From positions 1-64,000 of the forward strand of contig NMRA01000645.1 of assembly GCA_002633005.1 (NCBI GenBank): DNA of 64,000 nt, read 5' to 3'. Below, one piece after another: positions 48,851 through 61,260 of the stretch; within the stretch, counting starts at the first letter, position 1, and every line of letters starts with the position of its first letter. Below the pieces are notes generated by a model. That model was not told the DNA's origin. It worked only from the letters and a program-made list of their open reading frames with translations, and made no database searches. The stretch is from Phoronis australis (Eukaryota > Animalia > Phoronida). The translations under genes were made by a program, and so were the position numbers.

Positions 48851-51023
48851 GATTATAGACAACAGATTCGCAACTTCGACATTTTCTTGTAAAATATCCT
48901 AGAGGAGGCGCCACCCTCTAAACATAGCAAACTCAGCTTCCAGTTAGTGTGACAGGAAATCTGTTTCACTGTCCATTATAGTAGACGACATACTTGCCAG
49001 AAATAAAGCGTGCTAGGTGTGCTAGGTGTCACTAGTGAATAGCGCCGTCATGGCTTATGGGTATGATTGTCCATTGAAAATACACAGAGTTGGCGGTCAA
49101 TGTACTATAGTTTAATTGGTTTAAGTAGGCGCTCTATTGCAGTTTTGCATGTGTTTAAGCGACTTCAAATCCAGATTATGTTGAAGAGGAGAAGTTTTCA
49201 TTTTCCCAACTCTGCTATAAAATTGATCTCGGCTTGTTCCTCACTGAGGTGAGACACTTTTCTGGGGATTGCAAGGAACTGACAGTTCGTTACTCTTTGA
49301 AACCATACTCCACGGTATAAAATGATACACCACAGCGAGCCAACTTGTAAAATGTGCTGTCGGCTCACGTAGCAAATTGTCAGCTTTTTCAAAGCCCTGA
49401 AAGCGCCTCCAGTTTGATTACGGAACAATTTTGAGACTAATTTTGTAGTGTAGTTAGGCAAAATCACGAGCTTAGGTTTTTGTGGTGTTAGGCAGGCTTA
49501 TTGTTATTGTAGATGCTTCAAATTTGTACCAGTTCCCTTTTTGAGAATTACTGATATATGCAGGCATTGAACGTTGATTCTCAATTCCAATGTTACTTTA
49601 GTTTCTGTGTCGCAAATTAACGTCTGTACCAACCGTAAATAACCCAAGGGCTCCTATTTGCATTTCATTATCTTTCAATGTCCATAAGACCGAGAGTGGA
49701 GCAGCCTGTAACTTAATTTTTAGTGACTTACTTAAACACACTCTGGATATTCAATGGTATGTATGCCATTAACTCTCTGTATTGCATTTTCTTGTAACTA
49801 AGGCGCTAGTACGAGAACTGCATAAAAACAAAACCGATAATTTTTTGCTTTCTATCGATTCCTTTAATAAAGCTCAAGCAAATAGCTCTGTTGCCACAAT
49901 TTCCTTTTTCACAGACAAAGACAAATCTTTGCATTCTACAATTATAATGAACTGATTGATACGTGTCACCTGTGGATGTGTACTCAGGTTCTGTGTATGA
50001 AGGCTACCCGAACAACAGGGCTCACACACTCATGAACACGGCTTGCGAACCTGTAAATTTAGCTCGCTGTCTTACAAACACAACCACTCAAAAGACACTG
50101 TTTTACTGACTCTCATGACTAAAAATTACTTGCATGACTGCAAAGAGTTAATTGGCCATGTTTACTTGTGCGGGAGCTTTGCTTTTTGGGTAAGTGCAGT
50201 AACCCATGCTTTGTGAGTGCGTGCTATGTTAGCGAGTCAGCGACCTGAGTTCATGAGTCCATGAGAAATGTTCACGAGTGCAGAGTCATGCTCACGAGTG
50301 CGCGACGCATGTCGTTTAGGAAGCCTGTTGTGTGAACAGCGTTTTGACACCAACAACCGAGGCTATTGGTTTTCTAGTGGCTCATTACACTAATTTACCA
50401 TACATCCATGTGCTTTGCTTTTGTATTTGAATGTGAAAAACATTGTCCTCTCAAACTGTCCCTCTGGGGAGTTTGATATGTGATATTATCGAACAAATGC
50501 AAATTAAGCTTTTACAGCAGCTTAGTTCAGAGACGTTGCCTTGGTGGTTGTATGTATTTATTGAGTTCTTTGTGTTTACTTTTCATTGAAAGGACGCTGC
50601 TGTACACTACGAAGTTCAGTTCTGGTATTATGATGCTACGGTTATTCATTGATTTTAAAAACCAATAGACATACAGCCAGATTCAAAGCAAAACCTCACT
50701 AATTTAGGACATAGCAGGGCGATCGAGTGAAATTTATGCTCTCGTTTTTTATTCCGGGTAAGCGACGTCAAAAATTAAATTTCACCGTTTTTAAGTGCAG
50801 TGCCATAGCTACCATCAGTTAGTACTTAGTGAAAGTGAGGGTATTCAAAACAATCTTTGGAAAACTGATCAAAAGGCAAGTTTGGCAAAAAGTCAAAGTT
50901 GGTGAGACTTTAGTGTATACTCTGTTGCCATTCGTTTTCTATTAATTCATTCTTGTTTTCAGTGATTGATTGATTGATTGGTGTCACTTCTGCCCAATGG
51001 AAGCTGTATAGACTGGTACCACT

Positions 51024-51096
51024 ATGGGCTGTGGTCATTCGGTCGCCAGCGATAAGACTGCAAGCCCTGTGAAGAACAGCTCAGCTACTCTACATG
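51024..51096 (+). CDS. PPEF: PPEF first coding exon (exon begins at 50963); N-myristoylation/palmitoylation motif MGC
   Basis: ttcttgttttcag acceptor at 50962; ACTATGG start context; [24 protein letters not shown]; G|gtaggc phase 1 matches the next exon. Confidence 0.8.
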
Positions 51097-54000
51097 GTAG
51101 GCACGAAAATTAAGATATAGAGAGATATTACAGTATACATTCTGTGATTTTCAAACACCGAAATGATCACATGAGCTGAAATCTGGCATGGTTGATTTTT
51201 TTATGTAAATGTTTTTCTTGAATTGAAACACCTTGAACGCTCACAGGCAGTAACTGCAGAAAATGCGATTTCGTAAGAACTTTATTACATGAAAGTCATG
51301 CCAATCCGTAGGTGACTATAACGATTGCAAACATATGAGTGCCCATGAAACGGTAGTTAGGAATTTTGTCCCCTCAGTTAGGCACAAATATATTGTAGAA
51401 ATACTCGTGTGTTTCTGTGAGGGATTTTGTGCTAGCTTCAGTTTAACCACTGGTATTGAATGGATCTAAATATTATGGAATTGACTAATAGACGCAGCCA
51501 ATGGAGCGATACCGGTTGCATTTTGCTTGCCACAAAAGGCACAAATTATGGGAAAGCAGTTGGGAAATACTTTTCAAATATGTTGTCATTTCTTAGTCTA
51601 GTAAGAGTATTTTACCACGCAAATTATAATTCTTATTTTTGGTAATACTTTGTTTAACGCTTACAAAATGTTAATCCTGTGTTTGAATGAAAAAAGGTTT
51701 TGTCACAATTGGCTTCTACGGGCACTGGTGCTCATGAATTCAAATGCATATACTTTGAGCCTTTTGTTACTAGCCAATAGATTGATACAAAACACAGAAA
51801 TGCTCTTATATGTCCCTGAGGACCAGTGCAGTACTATTGTTCTGTAATCTAGCCGTTTGGTAAGTGCACCCCACGTTGAGGAAAACATGACAGGCTTTAC
51901 TTTGTTGCACGGCAGCACAATTGGATATCAATATCATCATTCATCTGGTAATAGTCTCCAAAGTCTCCTTTATAGTACATGCTTGCGAACTCCAGCTTGC
52001 AAACTTTGATATGCATTCGTGTTACCTGATGATCACGGTATCCGATGTTTCTATAAAGTGTGAAAACATTAAATATTCTGCAGCTCTGATTCAAAGTTGA
52101 AGGTTAGTGATAGTCGCGACATACTTTTAGTGACGTTTGTTCTTTCTTCTCGGTTGGATGCCCTCCTCTTCTAAAACACTCCCTTTGAAAAATTGCTGCT
52201 TCAGTTTACGAAGTTCGCCTAGAAACGCTGGAGTTAAGCGTCAAATGTTGAACAACAGTGACAGAATTAAGGGAGGCCTGTATCAACCTGTGTTGCGCAA
52301 AAGAAAATAACTTTGGATTCAAACCCCTTACCAGTATAAAGGCACCCTCTAGTTGTTCTTTACTCAGAATGATGTAAAATCGCATGGTTTCTATGCATCC
52401 TCATATAAAATTTGGCATATAGGTTTCCATTGAGAAGATGATGACTCATTCTCATTTCTAGACAGATCTCATACTTTCTGTGCCACCTAGCGACTTTTAT
52501 CATTATTTACAAGTCTGATTTTGGCGTCTGCATATCTATCTGCCAAACTGCTGAAATGACCAATATGAAAATTGGCGGATGTGCTCCTTAAATGACAACA
52601 GCACAACTGACATTGATTTTGGATGGTTCTGACTATTGGTGTCAGCCCTAGTGGCATTTTTATGCACCCACATATTTATATATGGACGCATTATACCGTC
52701 ATCTCTGTCCGGCCATCCGTCTGGCGTCTGGTTCCGCTGCATTATCTCCAAAATGCCTTGACATATGTTTATGAAATTTTGCACATGTGTTCCTTCCATG
52801 GATGGGACGGCGTGAGCAAACTTTCGGACGGATCTGACTACCAGTGTGCCCCCTAGTGGCAATTGTAGTTTTTTACGTTTACCTCTATCTTCAAAAGTCC
52901 TGAACGGATTTTCATAAAATTTGGTATAAAGGCACCTAGTAGTCAGATGACGCTGCCCTTCCGTTTTCAGATGGATTCAATGTAGTTTGTGCCACCTAGT
53001 GGCCATTTTTACTGTTTTCGAGTTTTTTTGCGTGCACCCCTCTGTCAAGCAAACCGCTCAAAGGATGATTGTGAAAATTGGCAACTTCTTATTGTGAAGT
53101 AGACGGATGAAGATGATTTTTTGACGATTTTGACTACTGTGACGCCTCCTCATGGCAGTTTTGTTTTTTCGCGCCTATGGCGGTATCTCCTAAACCGTTG
53201 GAAGGATCTTTACAAAATTTAGTAAGAGTATTTATATGATGTTGAAAACAGACGACGGCAACTTTCGGACGGATGTGACTACTGGTGTGCCACGTTGTGG
53301 CAATTTTATGTTTTTACGTTTACCTCTGTATGTTTAAAGGTCCTCAACGTATTTTTATAAAATTTGGCATACAGGCATCTGTTAATGAGGTGACGCTATC
53401 CACTCGTTTTTGGATGGAATCCACGTATTTTGCACCACCTAGGGGCCATTTTTGCTGTTTTCGAGTCTGTTTTTTGGCGTCCACCCTTCTATCAGCCGAA
53501 TCATTCTAAGGATGGTTTTGAAAATTGGTGTTTATGTTCTCTGTGTGAAGAGGATGGTTGACGATGACGACTTTGACTTCTGTGGCGTCTCCAAATTCTA
53601 GTTTTGTTTTGTTTTGCGCCCATAGCTGTATCTCCTAAATCCACTGCTGGGTCTTTATTAAAGTGTATTTATATGAAGCTAACAACAGACAATGACGACT
53701 TTCAGGCGGATCCAATGAACACTGTGCCTCCTAGTGGCAGTTTTCATTTTATTCTGTTTTCCTCTGTTTCTCTGAAAGTCCGTGACAAATTTCTATGAAA
53801 TTTGGTGAATAGCTTTCTATTAAAGAAGCTATGACATGTTCCCATTTTCGTATTGATTGTACGTTTTTGCACCATCTAGTGGCCATTTTTATGACCAATA
53901 AACAATCCTAAAAGCACACCATTTGCAATGCATTTGTGGGCGCATTTCAACGCTCTGCGTTGCTCTTGTTTACATTGACTTGGTATGTTCCTGAATGGAT

Positions 54001-57000
54001 TTTTGTGAAATTTAGGCATTAAGTTTCTGTTAGAGGTGATGGCGTAGTCTTCTCATTTTCAACGTGTTAGACCTTTGCCGCACCACCTAGTGGCTATTTT
54101 GATGATGCTAATAATCACCCCTAGAAGTACACCTTTTGCGTTGCATTCGTGGGCGTCGAGCTTGAAGAGACTGGTCTTGAGCAACAACAAATTGTTAGTG
54201 TAATATTTAGTGGTCAAAATCAAAAGTCGGTTTTTGAGAAAGAAAAATAATAGCGGAATAAACTTTTACGTTCGTTTTAACCCTTGTTTTTGTGACTCTA
54301 CTTGCTAATCTATTTCCAGCCATCAAGGCTGCTGTGTTGATACAAAAGTGGTACCGCAGATACCAGGCTCGGCTGGAGACCAGGAAAAGGTGCACATGGA
54401 ATATCTTCCAGTCAATTGAGTATGCAGGAGAGCAGGATCAACTGAAGGTGGGTGGAGCTAGTGAGATGAGTGACAGGGGTAGACTTTAAGGGTAAGGGGG
54501 TGGGGGTACAATTAGTTTTTTTAGGGAAGAGGTTAGATGTATGCAGCTGTGGTGTTCTTGTCGTTAGTTAAAGGGTGGGATTCTTGTAAGAGGTACAGAA
54601 AGTGTTCATTTGAGTAATGGAGAGTCAAGGGAGGGTTGAATGGGAGGTGCTAGTTAGGGGAAGGACTGCAAATGATCAGGTTGGTCAAGGTCTGTTTAGG
54701 TGAGTAACAAGGGTATGAGGCTAAAATGATGAGATAGTTTATTTTATTGGTTTGAGGTGAGTGGCAATTAATCCGTTAAAATGCTTTGACATGAGTGGCA
54801 GCTGGTTAGTGTCATCATGCAATACCCAGGTTTGTGAGATAATATAAAATGAATTGATGTTTAGAACAATAGAACCTATATGTTGACTGGATTATATTAT
54901 TATATTGGATTATAATTTAATATTTTAGACATGTTAAGCATTCCGCTCTGGGTGTGAGCTCGTTCGTCCGCAAGTTGAGGTATCTTTAGTACAGCCGGCC
55001 ACATTACGAGTAGTAGTAGTGTCTCAGATAATGTGTTAACATTTCAGCTTCCTGTTTGATTTGAACCGGTGATAAGCGCTGAGTGGAATGTGCCTGAACA
55101 TTCGGTTGTTTCAACTTCTGCATTTTTCCATTTAATCAACAAACCAGGCACCAGCATTTTAATTAAACTGCCCTTGTGAAGTGAGTTCAGTGCCTGAGCG
55201 AAATGAAACTGAAAATGAAAGTTGCTGCTGCTGTCGCTGTTCTAATATTCTGTTGCAAAATACGGGGAAAATCTTGTTCTGTCAAATACTTATCTGGGAC
55301 TTCACTACAATACAGGCAGTAACACTTGTGTATGGTAGATGTTATGGATGATATGGGATGCTCCTGATCAGAACTAAATAAATGTTGCTATTTGAGAATA
55401 TTGTCATATTACACAATGAATAACAAGATTTTCCAAGAATACGGTACATGCTCATTGCCTATGGTCAGTCGTGTGATATCAACCGTACTAGGATATTACA
55501 GTTTTGTTCAGTGTCTTGTTTTGTTATTAATTCAAATATAGATGTTTACCATATGTTTTGTGCTATACGTTGTGACAAACAAAGAGACGTGTTTATTTTC
55601 CAAATTTTAGGAAAGTCACCATATACAGACTCGTTAACTTTTCATTTGATGAAATCAAAGCTGTCGTCATGTATAAAACACCTGATTATATGTCCATGCT
55701 TTAAAAGTCGTTTTCACAATTTGTTTTTAATCACGTACTTGTTAAAGAATATTGGTTTTTAATTTCAGTTGTACAGTTTCTTCAATGACCTGCTGGGACA
55801 GTTGGGTAATGACCCTGAGGCTGGGTCACATGTGGTTTCACTGCTGACCTCTGGTGGGAAAGCAGCAGGTATAGTACCTAAGTCAAGTAGACTGAAGCCT
55901 GAAGTAGAGTTGCTGTACGTGAACTTGGAATCCTGCTTGATCTCAAGATTAAGCGGACGTTGGTGTTGCGTGAACTTGGAATACCCGAGGCAACTTGACA
56001 AATTCACTCAAATAATCACGTTCGTGTTCATAAAAATTTGCACTGCACTAAATCAAGTTACATTTGAATAAAATAATGTCAATTTTAACCAACCTTTTCA
56101 ACTACGGGCGATCAGTTTCACCAACCAATAATCAATTTAGCCACTCACATATTCCTCCGGTTCAGCGACACAAGTTACAGTAAGGGAGAAAATGGTTGAT
56201 CGGGAGGCCAATAATTACACAAATTATTTTCACTGAACAAAAATTTCACCTTTTTGCCTTAAAGAATGTTCAGTTCCAAGTTCAAACATACGCGATCTTG
56301 AGATTAAGCAGGATTCCAAGTGCACACACAGCATCGTTGTGTTGTATATATTAAGATAACAAAATACTTTTGTTACCAAGTTCGCTTGCTATTGTCCATG
56401 TTTGTCCCTCTAATGTCAAGTTATACTGACCTCTCCGCAGTATGCGTGGTTAATTTAAGTGCTTTTCACTCGAAGTATGATTGATGTTTTTGGCCATCGA
56501 ATGGTGCTTCTCCTCTCCTCACAACTCATCTTGGGTATGTACTCACACAGATGTCTGCCTAAGCCCGTGGGCTTCTGTACGGATGTTTCTTGCAAACCCT
56601 CCTGTGTAAGGTCACCATTGCAAGCATTTTTAAGTTTAGTCTGCACGACGTCTGTTGTTCACATCACGTGACCTAATGAACATAAATCTGAGAAGATTTC
56701 TGCCCAGACTGTGACTCGAACGTGGGACCTTCTTCTAATCTAGTCTACTGAGTCATCGGGAGCACCGGTCGAACACAAAATTCCAATCAGACCTAGGTCA
56801 CCCTCATTTTTCTGAGCTCTCAATGATTCGATCAAGTGCTTATACCAGACAGATATAATAACAAAATTGATGAAGAACATTGACCCTTGGTAATGAAAGT
56901 ATTCAGTTTCCTTTGGGAATATTAAATAATTAGGCAATCATCAGCCTTCAGGTAGAATTTTTTCAAAATGAAATATTTGTGTATTGCTTGAGTCACAGTT

Positions 57001-60000
57001 TTAATTTCCGTTGGTAGCATAGCATTTCTTATCATGCATAATTGATGCACCATATGTGTATTATTTATGCATCAAACGTTGTTTTATGATTTCAATTACC
57101 CTACAAATCTGTATCGACCTTTTGATTTTTTGACACTCTTAACTATTTTGCTACTGACATTGATTTGGCTTAAGCACGTTTGTTTAGTCACATGAAAAAA
57201 TTTTCACTCTTTTTAATATTCTATTGGTGAGGAAAACATTTCAGTCTCAGATTTTTGATTTTCCTTCGAACAACAAAGACATCATAATTCAAAAATGAAT
57301 ACCTGGAACATTGTTTTGTAGAGAGACTTTGATGGGTTACATCTTTGTTAGAGGGTAAATCAAAAATCTGAGACACTTTCCCCTGCCTATTGATAGAAAG
57401 AAGTTTATTTTTGGAGCAAAAATGACTATTTTCCCAAAAGTGGTAATCGCATCATCACAAAGAATTGTAAGACGATAAGGATTCGTAAGTCATTGATTAT
57501 TAAATATGTACTTTGGGTTGCAAATGAACAGTCAAAATCAAATGTCATGCTTAAAGAAAGTTGATAATTACTGTAGGCTGTCAAATATATTAGTTACACA
57601 ATCAAATCATTATTTTGTTTAATATCCAAATTCTTTGGTTATTCTGAAGTTTAAAAGAAGCGGTCATTTCAATGGCATGGAAATTAGCAATTTTACTGGA
57701 GTCCCAGACACAAACACCTTTATGATAAATCCTTTCATTGCTTTCCATCATTTTTATCATCATACTTGAACACAATTGCGTGACAGCGAATGAGTTTTTA
57801 ATAGTTTTGTTGATTGAGCGCAACTGTATTAAACTCTTGAACTTGCTGTAAGTTGCTCTTCAACATTGGTAGTGGCGAGCGTGGTCCTCGTTTTTATTTT
57901 GTTTCCTAGCTGGCAGTCAAAGACATTGATCTGGTTTTATGTGTTCAGGATGCGTAAAAAATGTCATACATTTTTAAGCGTTGGACTGAAAGAGCAATCT
58001 GTTTGGACAAACAAAATTAATAGGCTTTTTGTGCTTGTGAGAAAATCTGATGACTAATTGCATTAGTTAGTCAGACAGACTTAATTTCACTACACAGTGA
58101 CAGTGAATAGAGCAGAACAACTAATTCCGTTGTCTTTATTTGACTCATTTTCTTTCAAAATTGGGTTAGGTGTGATACTGCGGAGGCTTATATTGATGCT
58201 CACCACTACTGATGCGATTAGTTTTAACATTTAGCGCGAGTTAATCGTGGTGAAGAATTCTCTTGAAGGTTTTAATCTTCAACCAGCATGACAAGAAGTC
58301 TTACAGCTGCGTATTAACAGGAAATTGTGGTAGTAACCCTCAGGGTGTTCATTCTTAAATGGTGCTATGTTTTTTCCATTAGTACCCCAAATTTAAAAGC
58401 GGGCTTTCAAAAATAGGATTTATAATATTTAGATATCTCACTGCATCAAACCTCCTTCACACAAGAGTGCAGAATGCTGACCACCAACTACTCTATGGCT
58501 TTCTAGCAACAAGGCACTGTTCATTATGTTAGCATTATATCGGAAAATGGCTGTTGTACAAAAAATTCCCCGTTGCGTTTGATTGACATTCATGTCATGG
58601 TGATACACTAAGCAGAGGTATTAGTGGAATAAAACCAAGAAACAAAATGGTAATTCAACACTTATGCCTCTAACTACAATATGATTTGGATGTGATGTAG
58701 GTGTATTTCCACTGACTGTATTGCCTGTTGTCAAGAGAATTTATTGGCCTAATTGTGCTAATGTGTGGTAATGTAATGACTGAATAATTTGACTGATTTG
58801 TCCTTCATCTGTTATGCATGCTGTGCTGCTGCACCAGCCTTATTGTCTCATCAGCTTACTTAGGTGTTGATTGGCTGACACTATTTATCAGCAGATGTCA
58901 TAAACACAAGACTGTTGTCTCTCGTAATTTGCTGTCAAATAGCTAGTCTAATTATATTTGCACTGTATATTCACACTAGCAGGCCCTCAAATTTGAGCAG
59001 TGGAATAAAGGTAGGGCGGTCCATTACACTGACATGATTTGTTTTGGAAAAGTAATTATTGAAAAGTACTGTGAACAGACAGGAGTAACCAAAAACGGCT
59101 AGTTTTGTTGGACCTTAATGTCAGCTCTGTGTCTTTGGCCAAATATCTACAAAGCTACAGGTTTTAATTCAGTAAAAGTTAACATTTTCTGAAAGTAGAA
59201 AACTTGCAAAATTTGAATTCAGAGTTTTTACCATTCTCTCACTCACTGCATCACATGACCATGTACATTTAATAAAAATAAGCAAAATTAATGTGATTTT
59301 TCATAGACTTTCACAGTTATTCCCATTTTCTCAAGTGTGCAAAACACACTTTTCCCAATCCCTCCTCAGTCCCACTTGAAAGCATAGTATTTTGTGACTT
59401 GAAAGCTAAATGCTTTTTTCATTTGAGCAGGGACATGATGAAAGAGAACCAAAGTTATTATTTTCAGACAATGTTTGGTGTATGTTGTTCAGTCCTAAAC
59501 TATGCAGTCTTGATACTAATGCATTGTAATAATATTTCAAAGATTGTGGGTGTTCGCAAAGATCTTAGAACTCCTTGAAAAATGGGAATTGCTTTTGTCC
59601 GAAATTGGTGAGATTTTACTTTGCTGTTGGTTTGTTTTAAACTGCATTTTTATGAACAAAATACATTCACAAATATCATTGTTATTTTGAAAACAAATGT
59701 CCAGTGATGTCATTTCTAAGTAAACTTTATTCTCAAAAACTCAACCTGTTAACCTGAACCATCTGACAGATCTTTGTGACTCTCCAGGCATTTACGGGTA
59801 TGATCCCTAAAGTTAGACTTTAGTTTTTTGGCAAACATTATGATCTTTACTTAAATTTGTCAACCATTTATTTAGTGATGTTCGACACTTTGACCAAATG
59901 GTTACCATTTCAGAGAAGCCACTAACTCCCTGTTTTGGCGAGGTGCTCCGACCATTGTTGTCGCCTTATTATGGTTTGTTGTTGTGTTGTACCACCAGGT

Positions 60001-61260
60001 GTCCTCACTGATCCTTGTTAATACTCACACTGTTGCCTCTGACCATTCTCACATGAACCGTCAACTGCCAGTTAGTGAGTCCTGTGTGTTCAGTACCCTG
60101 ATGTTTGTATGAAAACCATGATGTGAAGCAAACGGTTAGAGGGACTTTATTATTTGTCCAAATTTACGTTTTTGATGGAATTCCGAGTTTTAAAAGTTGT
60201 ACAACCTGCACTGTGTCATTATAACATTCATTGAAATTGTGTACTTAATCTCTCAAGTGCATTCATGTTTGATTTAATGTCAATCATTGCTGTTGTTAAA
60301 TCATTTTCGAAACTGGGAGAAATGTGGCAGAATGTCTGAAAATCTGCCCCTGGCCCTTCAATTTCAAACAAAAACGACGTTTTTGACATGTTTGGATTTT
60401 TCTAAAACCAACAACATTTGCCACAAGTGCTACTTTGCTTACTGTAGTGATTGTTTCACTAAAAGCTGAGCTAGCATTAAGCTAAAGTCTGAAGCTTACT
60501 GAAGGCTGTTGATGGTAAGATTAGATTGAGTAAGCTTTTCACTTTTACAACAACACCTAGATTATTTGTGGTCATATTAGCAGACAGTGAGTGACTTATT
60601 CCCAAATGGTCACTGCTATGGCCTGCACGTACCATATGTTCTTTGTAGTATGATGGAATTAGTGTCACCTGTGGTCATCTGCCTTGTTCTTACCTTCCCG
60701 ATTTACCCCTTCTCTAATTTTTGGCTTCATTCTCACTCACAGTTGTCCATTTTTCTTCCCGAGTTGGTATAACAGCTGAATAGGCAATAAACTCCTAACC
60801 CTGATTTAAAAAAGATATGACAAAATTACTATTCGAACTTACTAAAGTTTCCATCGTGTTGATTTTTCGCTAGTTAAGTGAAGAATGGACGACTCGATAT
60901 TTGGTGGGTGGTACGAAAAAATTAATGCCCCTTATCATTTTTTTAAATTTAGAGCAGAAATTAGTTCATCAGCATGGGAATTTTTTTTGGGATGAACAAT
61001 ACCTCGTGACTACAGTATTGTAGGGCTCTCATGAAGTGAACTGTCATTGATATATAATTCTGGTTAGTAGATGTAATCTGTCATTGGTGTTGTCTTTGTT
61101 TCTTCTCCGTGTAGATGAAAATGAGAAAGAGAAAAGATTATTGGACAGCAGCAAAGTCAACAGTTTGTGGGTGGAGCCTGCCTACAAGGGACCTCACCTG
61201 ACTTTCCCCTTGACATCCAATCAGCTTGAAGCTCTTGTTGCAGGGTTCAAGCACAAGCAG
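51024..61260 (+). CDS. PPEF: Serine/threonine-protein phosphatase with EF-hands (PPEF / rdgC), 3'-partial; 4 coding exons in window
   Basis: Spliced product [82 protein letters not shown] is the characteristic PPEF/rdgC N-terminus (acylation motif, IQ motif, IFQSIEYxGEQDQ, YxGPxLxFPL). Exon phases are consistent. Confidence 0.93.
52657..53970 (+). mobile_element. Helentron/DINE-1-like non-autonomous element (HINE) nested in an older copy (~52400-54156)
   Basis: Sub-TIR atgcacccaca / tgtgggcgcat, ctgtcc/cgtctg microsatellite-like core, 3' hairpin CAACGC-TCT-GCGTTG, ctcttgtt end, T-run insertion site, internal ccacctagtggc repeats. Confidence 0.75.
54320..54447 (+). CDS. PPEF: PPEF exon with IQ calmodulin-binding motif
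   Basis: tatttccag|CC..AAG|gtgggt; [34 protein letters not shown]. Confidence 0.95.
55769..55868 (+). CDS. PPEF: PPEF exon
   Basis: aatttcag|TTG..GCAG|gtatag, phase 0/1; [12 protein letters not shown].. Confidence 0.88.
55911..56333. mobile_element. MITE family A, uninterrupted copy in reverse orientation, 42 bp downstream of a PPEF donor
   Basis: Reverse-complement homology to 19930-20335 throughout; TIRs tgctgtacgtgaacttggaatcctgctt / aagcaggattccaagtgcacacacagca. Confidence 0.9.
56630..56770 (-). mobile_element. tRNA-derived SINE remnant
   Basis: Minus strand: tgactcagtag (A-box-like) ... ggtcccacgttcgagtc (B-box), followed by a non-tRNA body. Confidence 0.5.
57244..57374. repeat. foldback/MITE
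   Basis: gtctcagatttttgattt / aaatcaaaaatctgagac, an 18-bp perfect inverted repeat with imperfect extension (aacaaaga / tctttgtt). Confidence 0.75.
61115..61260 (+). CDS. PPEF: PPEF exon preceding the catalytic domain
   Basis: ttctccgtgtag|AT..CAG|gtatca; ..[30 protein letters not shown]. Confidence 0.92.

Noticed and set aside
55869-56071. 3' extension of the 100-aa ORF at 55769
   Set aside because: It lies past the donor at 55868 and reads into MITE family A.
59080-59950. Sola-like element (GAG..CTC ends)
   Set aside because: The terminal inverted match is weak and no TSD is visible.
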